Origin: Candidatus Marinacidobacterales bacterium
GTDB lineage: Bacteria > Acidobacteriota > Vicinamibacteria > Marinacidobacterales > DATDRI01
Assembly (NCBI GenBank): GCA_965219415.1
Contig: CBDCNP010000002.1
Span: 2,432,001 to 2,496,000 of the forward strand
Direction of reading: 5' to 3'
DNA length: 64,000 nucleotides
Shown: positions 7,653-16,500 of the stretch, one piece after another
Layout: the number at the start of each line of letters is the position of its first letter
Position numbering within the stretch: the stretch's first letter is position 1
Program-made: the position numbers and the translations under genes
The notes under the pieces: generated by a model
The model's input: the letters and a program-made list of their open reading frames with translations, nothing else
What the model was told of the DNA's origin: nothing
Databases searched by the model: none

Positions 7653-10229
7653 TTGCGCCAACAAATTTTCGAAAAACTTCTGGGCGCCGCCGCCGGGGCT
7701 TCGACGGCCACCGCGGTAGTCCTTCGATCGACGCTTCGCGTGCCCGTCTCGGAAGCGATCACGCGACCTACCGTCGTAGCGTCGCTGCCTTCCCTGGGTT
7801 GGTGGTTCTTTGCATTCGCGATCGGAGCGCTGGCGGGAGCCGTCGTCGGTCGTCATCTCGCCAGGCGTGGAGCTGCGAACATTCTCTACCCCCTCTTGCT
7901 GCCCGGCCTCGCTAACCTCGCATACGTGCCGGGCGCCCTGTCCATAGTGCCTTTCCTGTCGGTGTTTTGTGGGCCGCTCCTCGATCTGCTGCTGTTGGGG
8001 AGCCTGGCGATGGTCCTGTGGCTAGCCGCTGAGCACTTCGGGATCGTGCCATCCTTCTCCGCGAACCAAGTCGCGGTGGCCGCGCTCGGAGTCTATCTCC
8101 TGGTGGGCTACCGCGCTCAAGCGGAAGTGGGTCTAACCGGTGACGAACCACACTATCTATTGATCGTTCATAGTTTGCTTCGCGATCAAGATCTGCGAGT
8201 CGCGGACGACTACGCGGAGGGAAGCTTCCGCGAGTTCTACGATGGCAAGATAGGTCCCCATCTTGCTCATGGAACGCCCCACTCCGTGCACGGCATTGGC
8301 ATGCCTCTTCTACTATTCCCAGGGTACGCCCTGCTCGGGTTGTTGGGTGTGCTTTTGACCGAGGCGGCTCTTGGGGCGTTTGCCGTTCGCGAGCTGTTCC
8401 GAGCCGTTGAGCAGTTGACCGAAGATCGTGGGGCGGCACTGTTGGCCTCAGCCGGCTTCGGGGTGACCGTGCCGACTCTGTTCCTAGCCACCGCCGCCTA
8501 TCCGGAGTCGGCGGTGGCAACGTTGGCGATCGCGCTTTTTCGTCGTTGGGTCTCGTCAGCGCCACCGACCTCGATGGGTGCCGCGGGATGGGGACTGGCT
8601 TTCGGATCGCTTCCCTTCTTTCATATCAAGTTCTTTCCTCTTGCGGCGGTGTTCCTTGCGGGCTCTCTGATTCTCTGGCCGAAGAACCGAAAGACAATTG
8701 TGGCCGGGACGGCGGTTGCTCTTCTAGGGTTCATTACGTTTTGTTACATGTTGCTGGGAAGCCCGAACCCGCTTGCCTCCTACGGCACGCAGCGCATCTT
8801 CTGGGAACGCATTCCCCTTGGGCTCGCGGGTTTGTTTTTCGATCAGGAGTTCGGCCTTCTAGTCTCGTCGCCTTTCTACATCTTCGCGGTGGCAGCAATG
8901 GGACGCTACGTTCGACTCCAACCGGTCTCGGGTTGGCTCCTCTTCGCGACATTGGGTGCGGTGGCACTTCCAGGGGCCGCGCATCCTTTGTGGTCGGGAG
9001 GCAGCTCGGCTCCGGCGCGCTTCTTGTTTCCCGCGCTGCCTTTGCTGGCGGTAGCGGCAGGTGCGGTATGGAGTTGGGAGCCACGTCGCGGAATTCAACC
9101 GTGGGTGCGAACGCTTCTCATCGTGAGTGTTCTCTTCGGCGCCTACGCTGCGTCGTTCCCGGGTAAGTTCCTGTACCTCAACCAGAGAGATGGTACCAGC
9201 CGGCTCTTGGAGTCGCTCGGAGCTTCGTGGGATCTGACCCATTACTTTCCATCGCTGGTACGGGCAGACCCGCGGTCGTTTGCGTTGGCTTTCGTGTGTG
9301 CCGGGATTCTGCTCCTGGTTGCTGGCCTACAATTTTCACCCGGGCGTTTTCGGTTGCCGCCCATCGTTTTTCCCTTGCTGTTCGCGACATGCCTGGTGGA
9401 CTTCATTTCGCCGGGTCGAGCTCCGGAGAATGCGCCCGCCCGTTGGATGGAGGACCTCTTGTGGGGACTCCAGGGCCGGGAAGCGGATCGTTTCGTCAAG
9501 CTGCCGACTGTACACTCGGCCGAGTACGGGGAGGTTCTCGGACTCGTGGACCTGCCATTGCGGGAGGCGACGAGGTCCAGTCGCGATCAACGGGAGCAAA
9601 TCGATCATTGGCAGACTGCGCCGATCCGTCTCCCGCCGGGTGAGTTCGTGGTGAGCTCGCACGCGACGGGAGAAGTCCAGCTATGTAACGGCGAGGGTTG
9701 TTTCAAGTCTTCCCGATTGGGGCAAGGCTTCCGAACGGGTGTCGGACTAGCCCGTTTTCACGTTCGTAGCGGCGCAGCGGGCCTAAACTTTCGCCTGCGA
9801 CCGGAAAGGCTTTTCGGCAAGGCGGCGACGGCACTCAAGTCTCTTGCGCTCGAGAGGGGGCTCCGCCTTCATTCTCTGGACGACAACGTCTTCTTCGAGC
9901 CTCGAGGCTTTTGGGTTCGAGCTGGGGCGCGAGCACATTTCGTCTTGGAGGATCGCCGGGACGTCGAAGTGTTCTTGTCCCTGGCGAACGGAGGCAGGGA
10001 GAACTGGGTCGAACTGGAACAGCCGGACAAGGTACTGCAGTTCTCACTCCGTCCGTTCGAGACGAAACGGGTCCAGGTGTCGCTCGAGGACGGGCTCGCG
10101 TCCATGACGGTGACGTCGGCTAGCGGCTTTCGTCCTGCCGAGCTCGATCCAGCCAATGACGACCATCGCCGATTGGGTGTCTTCCTGACCGCTCCCGTCT
10201 TTGACTTATCGAGGGAACCTTCCAGATAA
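7653..10229 (+). CDS. Polytopic membrane protein, probable GT-C glycosyltransferase with C-terminal soluble domain
   Basis: Many TM segments; TGDEPHYL acidic loop after a TM; PARFLFP; C-terminal D..RRLGV motif. Confidence 0.6.
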   Translation: MRQQIFEKLLGAAAGASTATAVVLRSTLRVPVSEAITRPTVVASLPSLGWWFFAFAIGALAGAVVGRHLARRGAANILYPLLLPGLANLAYVPGALSIVPFLSVFCGPLLDLLLLGSLAMVLWLAAEHFGIVPSFSANQVAVAALGVYLLVGYRAQAEVGLTGDEPHYLLIVHSLLRDQDLRVADDYAEGSFREFYDGKIGPHLAHGTPHSVHGIGMPLLLFPGYALLGLLGVLLTEAALGAFAVRELFRAVEQLTEDRGAALLASAGFGVTVPTLFLATAAYPESAVATLAIALFRRWVSSAPPTSMGAAGWGLAFGSLPFFHIKFFPLAAVFLAGSLILWPKNRKTIVAGTAVALLGFITFCYMLLGSPNPLASYGTQRIFWERIPLGLAGLFFDQEFGLLVSSPFYIFAVAAMGRYVRLQPVSGWLLFATLGAVALPGAAHPLWSGGSSAPARFLFPALPLLAVAAGAVWSWEPRRGIQPWVRTLLIVSVLFGAYAASFPGKFLYLNQRDGTSRLLESLGASWDLTHYFPSLVRADPRSFALAFVCAGILLLVAGLQFSPGRFRLPPIVFPLLFATCLVDFISPGRAPENAPARWMEDLLWGLQGREADRFVKLPTVHSAEYGEVLGLVDLPLREATRSSRDQREQIDHWQTAPIRLPPGEFVVSSHATGEVQLCNGEGCFKSSRLGQGFRTGVGLARFHVRSGAAGLNFRLRPERLFGKAATALKSLALERGLRLHSLDDNVFFEPRGFWVRAGARAHFVLEDRRDVEVFLSLANGGRENWVELEQPDKVLQFSLRPFETKRVQVSLEDGLASMTVTSASGFRPAELDPANDDHRRLGVFLTAPVFDLSREPSR

Positions 10230-10305
10230 TAAGGAGCGCATTTCCCGGGCTCGCGCTCCATCGGAGCCTGAGCGTTATCGGGATTCGAATAGGAGAACAT
10301 CTAGA

Positions 10306-11139
10306 TTGGTCATCGACGCGAGGAAGAAAAACGGTTTCTTCTCCGGACCCGCACCGCGCCTCTTTGCTCATCGTGGAGCCAGCGCGCTGGCCCCCGAGAA
10401 CACTATCGAGTCCTTTCGACTCGCGGGAGCCGCTGGCGCCCCGTACCTGGAGCTGGACGTTCACCTGACCTCCGATGGGCACGTGGTTGTTATCCACGAC
10501 AACTCGGTGTCTCGAACCACCGGACGCCGCGGCAGAGTGGAGAAGTTGACGCTCGCGGGGATCCGCCGCCTGGATGCCGGGCACGAGTTTACGCTGGACC
10601 GTGGCCGCTCTTACCCCTATCGGGGAAAGGGTTTGGTGATCCCGACGCTCGAAGAAGTCTTGCAGGAGTTTCCCAATGCGCGATTCACCATCGAAATCAA
10701 GAAGACGCGCAGGGGAATCGGCGCCGCGGTCCTCGAGGTCATCCGCGGCTGCCAAGCGTCGGAGAGGGTTCTGGTGGCATCCCATGAACACCAGCACCTA
10801 AAGGAGTTTCGATCTCTGGACGGAGATGTTCCTACTAGTTTCAGTAAGACCGAAGTCCGCGAGTTCCTAGCATGGCTCAGGGGAGGCGCCGCTGACGGGT
10901 ATCGGGCTCCGGGCGAAGCTCTGCAGGTTCCGGAATACTTCGGCCTGCGGCGAGTAACGTCCGTGAACTTCATAGAGGCCGCGCATCGACTCGATCTGGA
11001 GGTTCACGTTTGGACCGTCAACGAGCCGGTTCACATCAAACGTTTGTTGGGTTGGGGAGTCGACGGGATCATGACCGATGACCCGGCTCGTGCCGTCGCT
11101 TCGGTGGACGAGCTGGCGAACGTCGGCGGAAGAGTTTAG
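10306..11139 (+). CDS. Glycerophosphodiester phosphodiesterase (UgpQ/GlpQ family)
   Basis: AHRGAS..APENT, ELDVHLTSDG, IHD, IEIK, WTVN, GIMTDDP; TTG start after AGGAG. Confidence 0.92.
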   Translation: MVIDARKKNGFFSGPAPRLFAHRGASALAPENTIESFRLAGAAGAPYLELDVHLTSDGHVVVIHDNSVSRTTGRRGRVEKLTLAGIRRLDAGHEFTLDRGRSYPYRGKGLVIPTLEEVLQEFPNARFTIEIKKTRRGIGAAVLEVIRGCQASERVLVASHEHQHLKEFRSLDGDVPTSFSKTEVREFLAWLRGGAADGYRAPGEALQVPEYFGLRRVTSVNFIEAAHRLDLEVHVWTVNEPVHIKRLLGWGVDGIMTDDPARAVASVDELANVGGRV

Positions 11140-11141
11140 GT

Positions 11142-11654
11142 TTGCAGCGCGCCGCCCCATTCGTACTACTGCTTGTCATCGGTGTTTCGGCCTGCCTCGA
11201 CCGGACCGAGATACCTACCATCGGTCAGCCCGTACCCGAAGTGATTCTTCCCGATCTGGAAGGGCGGACCGTTCGCCTCTCCGATTTCCGCGGCGAGGTC
11301 GTGGTGTTGAATTTCTGGGCGACGTGGTGTCCGCCCTGCGTCGAAGAAATGCCGTCCCTACAGAAGCTCCAACAGGCGTTGGGCAAAAAAGGTCTCAAAG
11401 TGCTGGCGGCCTCGGTCGACGAGAATCTGCAGGATGTGGCGCGCTTTCGAGAGGACTACGATCTGGGCTTGCCCATTCTCCATGATCGGGGCGGAAAGAT
11501 CGCCCATCGCTTCTCTACGTTCAAGTACCCAGAAACCTATGTGGTGGATCGTGACGGAAAGTTGGTCGCGAAGATCATCGGGCCGCGAGACTGGGTTTCC
11601 CCGACTGTGATTCGCGACTTCGTCCGACTACTGCACGACGAAGACGGGGTGTAG
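11142..11654 (+). CDS. TlpA/ResA-family thiol-disulfide oxidoreductase (lipoprotein)
   Basis: VSAC lipobox; LNFWATWCPPC.EEMP; PETYVVDRDG. Confidence 0.9.
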   Translation: MQRAAPFVLLLVIGVSACLDRTEIPTIGQPVPEVILPDLEGRTVRLSDFRGEVVVLNFWATWCPPCVEEMPSLQKLQQALGKKGLKVLAASVDENLQDVARFREDYDLGLPILHDRGGKIAHRFSTFKYPETYVVDRDGKLVAKIIGPRDWVSPTVIRDFVRLLHDEDGV

Positions 11655-11662
11655 AGGCGCCT

Positions 11663-12262
11663 ATGCACATCACAAGACAGATCGCTCAACAGCTGGCGAT
11701 GGAGCTCGGTGAGCCCGCGGTAGAGGTTTGGAGCTTCGATATGCAAGACGAGGAGTACGCCCTGCTGCGAAAGCACATCGAGTTGCGGCGAACTCACGAC
11801 GTCACGGTACTGGTACTTCGGGGCGACGAGTTGGCCGTGATCCGCAAGCCCAAGTACCCGCCGGAGGCTTATCGCGCGCCTTCCGGGGGGATTCATCCCG
11901 AGGAGTCGTTCTTGGATGGGGCGACGAGAGAGACTTGGGAGGAGACCGGACTGAAGGCCGAGATCGATGGCTATTTGATGCGTGTTCACGTGAGTTTCAA
12001 CCACGGAGGTGAGACCTCACAGTGGACCACTCATGTCATGGTAGCCAAGCCCGCGCCGGGCAGTGAAGGCGACCTCGCGCCGGTGGACAAGAACGAAATC
12101 GAGTCCGCTCGATGGGTGAGCTGGGATGAGCTGATCGACAAAGTGAATCCCATCCTGGTCAAGAGTGGGCTCGGCGGCCTGGCCTACCGCGCCCGGGTTC
12201 ACGAGAGGGCCCGGGAACTGCTGCTCGCATCGAAACAGCCACCTTCCGAAAGCCCCTCGTAG
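11663..12262 (+). CDS. NUDIX hydrolase
   Basis: PSGGIHPEESFLDGATRETWEETG Nudix box. Confidence 0.8.
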   Translation: MHITRQIAQQLAMELGEPAVEVWSFDMQDEEYALLRKHIELRRTHDVTVLVLRGDELAVIRKPKYPPEAYRAPSGGIHPEESFLDGATRETWEETGLKAEIDGYLMRVHVSFNHGGETSQWTTHVMVAKPAPGSEGDLAPVDKNEIESARWVSWDELIDKVNPILVKSGLGGLAYRARVHERARELLLASKQPPSESPS

Positions 12263-12356
12263 CACCGTTCCAACCGTTCCAACTGAGGTCGCACACCTTC
12301 TCATAAATCCCTCTCTTTTCGGAAGATGGTAAGATTTCCATTCGTAGTACCATCTC

Positions 12357-14255
12357 ATGGCTATCCGGATCAGCGTCTTCCTCGTTGTCACAGGACTGGG
12401 TGCTCTCGCTCCCGTGTTGAGCGGTTGGATCGAACCGCGCATCCATTTCAACTTCGGCCCCGGCGACCATGACTACCTCACGGGCTACGAGCCACGCTGG
12501 GAAATCGATCCCGATGGAGTCGCAACACACTGGAGTAGCTACCAAAGCAACGTGCGTCTGCCGCTGCGGCTCGCAGGCGCGCGATTCGAGTTGAAGTACC
12601 GTTTTTCTCGCGTGTACGGCGAGACCGCGGAAGTCGAACTCCGCGTCAACGGGGTTCCGGCCGATCAGTTCTCGGTCCGTGGGGACACTTACTACGAGCG
12701 GTCGGTGGCCATTCCGGGAAGTGTCCTAAGTAGTCAAGCACTCGATGTCGAGCTGGTGGTGGACTCACACGAAAGAAAAAACCGTGGCCTTCGGATGGAC
12801 TGGATGCGTCTCGAGCCCCAGGACCGGGGCGGCCGCGTCGTTCCGGAAAATACGGTCCTCCTCTGGAGCGCCTTGCTCTCAGTCGCTTTTTGGCTATTGG
12901 CCCGGATTTGTCTGAGAGGCGATCGATGGCCGTTCCTAATCGGGGCGAGCCTTCCCGCTAGTTTGACATTATACGGTGGTCTGGCGGGTCCCTTCGCACT
13001 GGGTCACGTGCTCGACGCTTTGATCTTCCCCGGGCTCGTCGTGACCCTCGCGGCCATGTTCTTGTCGCTCTGGGCAAGGAACGTCGGGGCTTCGCTTCTT
13101 CCCGTAGTTTTTGTGGTGGCTTTTCTCGTGAGGGCTGGAGGACTGTTTCATCCACTCTACTACCATCCCGATCTACGTTCGCATGCCGATCTGACGAAGA
13201 TCGTCTCGGAAGCGGGGCTCGATTTCTGGGCGCAGCCCTCTCACTACATCGCCAAGCAGGGAGTGTGGACGCAGGGGGCGATGGGTAGGACTTACGCGTT
13301 TCCCTTCTCGCCGGTATTTCATTCTCTTTTCCTACCGTTTGACCTCGACTTCTTCACGCTGATCGCGGCTATGAAGTTGGTCGCGTGCTTTCTCTCTGCG
13401 CTCGAGGTCCTGATCCTCTTCTACCTCGGCCGCCGGTTGGGAGGAACCGAAGTGGGTTTGTGGGGCGCGGCTCTGGCCGCCTTCTCGCCCGCGGCCCTTT
13501 CCCGGCTCTCCTTCGCGTTCCTGGCGGCGGTGTTCGCGCATTTTCTGGACACCCTTGTACTAGCCTCTCTCTTCCACAGAGAGTCGAACGGGAAGTCCCA
13601 TCTGTGGCTGACTCTGGCTCTGCTGACTTTGGCCCTCGTGTCCTATCCGGGAAGTCTGGTGAGCTTCGGTATCTTCTTCCCTGCGTTCGGACTCCTCCTC
13701 GTGGTTCGTACTGGCCCCGGTTTACGCCGAGATGGGCTCGCGCTATTGGCCGGATCGGCTGGAGTCGCAGTGATCACCATGGCGGTTGTCTACCGAGAGT
13801 TCGTGGGCGTGTTTTTGTCGGAACTGGTTCCACTCTTTCTAGCGGGGGAGTCGGAGGGTGGGAGCGTCTCTCTCGGAGGAACGACATCCTCGTTGATACG
13901 AAGATATTGGATTTTCTACGGCGGAGTCTACATTCCCTTGGTCGCGGGAGGCGCGCTGGTTTGGTTTTTGCAAAGACCTGGCCCCTTTCTATCTCGCCTC
14001 TTGCTGGCTTGGGCCTTTACGTTCGTTACTCTTATCTTTCTGCGGTCGAGCGCTCCCGATCTCTTCAATAAGGTCAAGGAGATTCTCTGGGTAGCTCCGT
14101 TGATCTCGTTGGCGGGGGCAACCGCGCTCGCCTGGGCTCGTCGCTCACTTCCTCGTGGGAGGTGGATCACCGCGTCCTATTACTCGCTGGTCGTCTACTA
14201 CGGCATCAGCTTCTACGTCTCTTCCATCGCGGAGAAGTTCACCCTCGCCAGGTAA
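12357..14255 (+). CDS. Membrane protein with N-terminal beta-sandwich and GT-C-like TM region
   Basis: Soluble region (WSS...LRVNG...RGLRMDWMRL) followed by more than 10 TM segments; HPDL..H and FPFSP.F loops. Confidence 0.55.
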   Translation: MAIRISVFLVVTGLGALAPVLSGWIEPRIHFNFGPGDHDYLTGYEPRWEIDPDGVATHWSSYQSNVRLPLRLAGARFELKYRFSRVYGETAEVELRVNGVPADQFSVRGDTYYERSVAIPGSVLSSQALDVELVVDSHERKNRGLRMDWMRLEPQDRGGRVVPENTVLLWSALLSVAFWLLARICLRGDRWPFLIGASLPASLTLYGGLAGPFALGHVLDALIFPGLVVTLAAMFLSLWARNVGASLLPVVFVVAFLVRAGGLFHPLYYHPDLRSHADLTKIVSEAGLDFWAQPSHYIAKQGVWTQGAMGRTYAFPFSPVFHSLFLPFDLDFFTLIAAMKLVACFLSALEVLILFYLGRRLGGTEVGLWGAALAAFSPAALSRLSFAFLAAVFAHFLDTLVLASLFHRESNGKSHLWLTLALLTLALVSYPGSLVSFGIFFPAFGLLLVVRTGPGLRRDGLALLAGSAGVAVITMAVVYREFVGVFLSELVPLFLAGESEGGSVSLGGTTSSLIRRYWIFYGGVYIPLVAGGALVWFLQRPGPFLSRLLLAWAFTFVTLIFLRSSAPDLFNKVKEILWVAPLISLAGATALAWARRSLPRGRWITASYYSLVVYYGISFYVSSIAEKFTLAR

Positions 14256-14373
14256 GAAGCGTCAAGAAGTGTCAAGGGAATGTCGGGAGGTTTGACTTGG
14301 AAGCGGGAGACGAGGCAAGCTGAACGCCTTTTGCGACATGGCACGGAGTCGTTCTTGAGGAAATGGAGCTAGC

Positions 14374-15699
14374 TTGAGGATCGTCATTATTGGTGCGGGT
14401 GTCATGGGTCTCGCTTCGGCCTACGAGCTCCTACAAGACGGCCATGAAGTCACGGTTCTAGAGACCGCACCAGCTCCGGGTGGACTGGCTGGGTCTTTCG
14501 ATTTTGACGGAACTCAAGTAGAGAAGTTCTATCACTTCATCTGTGGGGCCGACGACGCCTACTTCCGATGGCTAAAACGGCTCGGCCTAGCGGACCGGCT
14601 ACGTTGGAAGCGGACCGGGATGGCGATGTACAACGACGGTCGGTTGCATCCCTTCGGGGATCCACTGTCGCTGCTTCGATTCGCGCCGCTATCGATGTTG
14701 TCCCGGCTTCGATACGGGTTTCACATCCTGTCGGCCAAACGTCGAAAAGACTGGAAGGCGCTGGAGGATGTACGTGCCCGGGAGTGGCTACTGCGGGGTG
14801 AGGGGGAGGAGTCGTACCGGGTAGTCTGGGAGCCTCTGCTTCGAGAGAAGTTCGCAGAGGAGACCGATAGCCTTTCGGCGGCCTGGATTTGGAGCCGCAT
14901 CCGCCGTTTGGGAAGCTCGCGGAGAGGTTTCTTCGAGGAGTGGCTGGGCTACGTCGAAGGCGGGGGATCACAAGTCCTGGTAAATGCGCTCGTAAACGCC
15001 ATCGAGTCTCAGGGTGGTGTGATTCAATGCGAAACGTCCGCCGAGGAAATAGCTCTCGAGAACGGTTGGGCGATCGGCGTGCGGGCCGGGGGGCGGGACT
15101 ATCCGGCCGATGCACTCCTGTCTACGATCCCGCTTCCGATCCTGGTTCGGATCGGACAGAACCTTCCCGAAGAGTATCGTCGGGCCGCGCTGGATCTAGG
15201 GAATATCGGGGTTCGCTGTATCATCTTAAAAACGAAAAAACGCGTGACGCCCTACTTTTGGGTGAACGTCAACGACGACGCGGTGCCCGTCGTCGGCCTC
15301 ATCGAGTACACCAACCTCAACCCACCGGAAGCCTTCGGTGGCCATCATTTGATCTACTCTCCAAAATATGTCTCTTCGGAAGACCCCGAGTATCGCCGCC
15401 CCGACGACGAGGTCTTCGAGGAAACGGTCCAGGCCATTTCCGAAATCCGCCCTGGCTTCGATCGTGAGTCGGTGCTTGCTTACCGCGTCTTTCGAGCGCC
15501 GCATGCCCAGCCGATTTGTCCCGTGGGTTTCTCGCGTCGACTCGCTCCCATCCGGACTCCCGTACCGAATCTAGTGGCTGGAGATACCTCGCATCTACTT
15601 CCCCACGATCGCTCGATCTCAGATAGCCTGGCCCTCTCGGAGCGGCTCACCGCAGCTATGCGGGAAGTCGTTGCCATGCCTCGCGAGGGGATTGCATAG
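14374..15699 (+). CDS. FAD-dependent oxidoreductase (amine oxidase/HemY-like superfamily, PRK07233-like)
   Basis: IIGAGVMGL Rossmann motif, PGGLAGSF, EKFYHFI, LSAAWIWSRI, LGYVEGG, YWVNV, EYTN, DRSI. Confidence 0.85.
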   Translation: MRIVIIGAGVMGLASAYELLQDGHEVTVLETAPAPGGLAGSFDFDGTQVEKFYHFICGADDAYFRWLKRLGLADRLRWKRTGMAMYNDGRLHPFGDPLSLLRFAPLSMLSRLRYGFHILSAKRRKDWKALEDVRAREWLLRGEGEESYRVVWEPLLREKFAEETDSLSAAWIWSRIRRLGSSRRGFFEEWLGYVEGGGSQVLVNALVNAIESQGGVIQCETSAEEIALENGWAIGVRAGGRDYPADALLSTIPLPILVRIGQNLPEEYRRAALDLGNIGVRCIILKTKKRVTPYFWVNVNDDAVPVVGLIEYTNLNPPEAFGGHHLIYSPKYVSSEDPEYRRPDDEVFEETVQAISEIRPGFDRESVLAYRVFRAPHAQPICPVGFSRRLAPIRTPVPNLVAGDTSHLLPHDRSISDSLALSERLTAAMREVVAMPREGIA

Positions 15700-15753
15700 C
15701 AAGCGTGGTCTCAAGTTCTGGCACCCGCACGGGATGTGCTACCCTCATTCCGG

Positions 15754-16485
15754 ATGAGCGAAAGCTCACGCCTATCGGTCGTCATACCCGCCTACAACGA
15801 AGCAACGCGGATCGGACCGACGCTGGACCGTGTGCTCGCATACATGACGTCGCGGGGCGAGTCCTTCGAAGTCCTGGTCGTCGATGATGGTAGCGCGGAT
15901 GAAACCATCTCGACCGTCGCACGACGCGAGGATGCCGAGGTAAGAGTGCTCGTCTTGGGGGCGAATAAGGGGAAGGGAGCGGCCGTCCGCCGTGGCGTCG
16001 AGGAGAGCACCGGAGAGCTCATCTTGATCACGGATGCCGACCTTGCGGCACCCATCGAAGACCTCGAGCGGTTGGAGCCCTTTGCACGAAACGGTCATGC
16101 CGTGGTGTGCGGCTCTCGAGCACTTGCCGAATCGGACATTCGCATTCGCCAGCCCTTTTATCGAGATCGAATGGGAAAGATGTTCAACTTCATCGTTCGC
16201 TCGCTTGGATTGTCGACGTTCCACGATACGCAATGCGGCTTCAAACTGTTGCGAGCCGGTGAGGCTCGCGAGATATTCGCCCGTGCCCACATCGATCGTT
16301 TCGCCTTCGACGTGGAGATCCTTTACCTGGCGGAACAGCTCGGTTTCAAGACCGCGGAGGTGCCCGTCTCCTGGCAGCACGTTCCGGAGAGCCGGGTGCA
16401 CGCGGTCTTAGATTCCGCCCGGATGCTTTGGGACGTCATCGCGCTCAGACTACGCGCCGGCGGGATTCGCCCGCGTCGACCTTGA
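15754..16485 (+). CDS. GT2 polyprenyl/dolichyl-phosphate glycosyltransferase (DPG synthase-like)
   Basis: IPAYNEA.RI, VDDGSAD, NKGKGAAVR, DADL, DTQCGFK, FAFDVE. Confidence 0.9.
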   Translation: MSESSRLSVVIPAYNEATRIGPTLDRVLAYMTSRGESFEVLVVDDGSADETISTVARREDAEVRVLVLGANKGKGAAVRRGVEESTGELILITDADLAAPIEDLERLEPFARNGHAVVCGSRALAESDIRIRQPFYRDRMGKMFNFIVRSLGLSTFHDTQCGFKLLRAGEAREIFARAHIDRFAFDVEILYLAEQLGFKTAEVPVSWQHVPESRVHAVLDSARMLWDVIALRLRAGGIRPRRP

Positions 16486-16500
16486 GCTAGTGCCCTAGGC

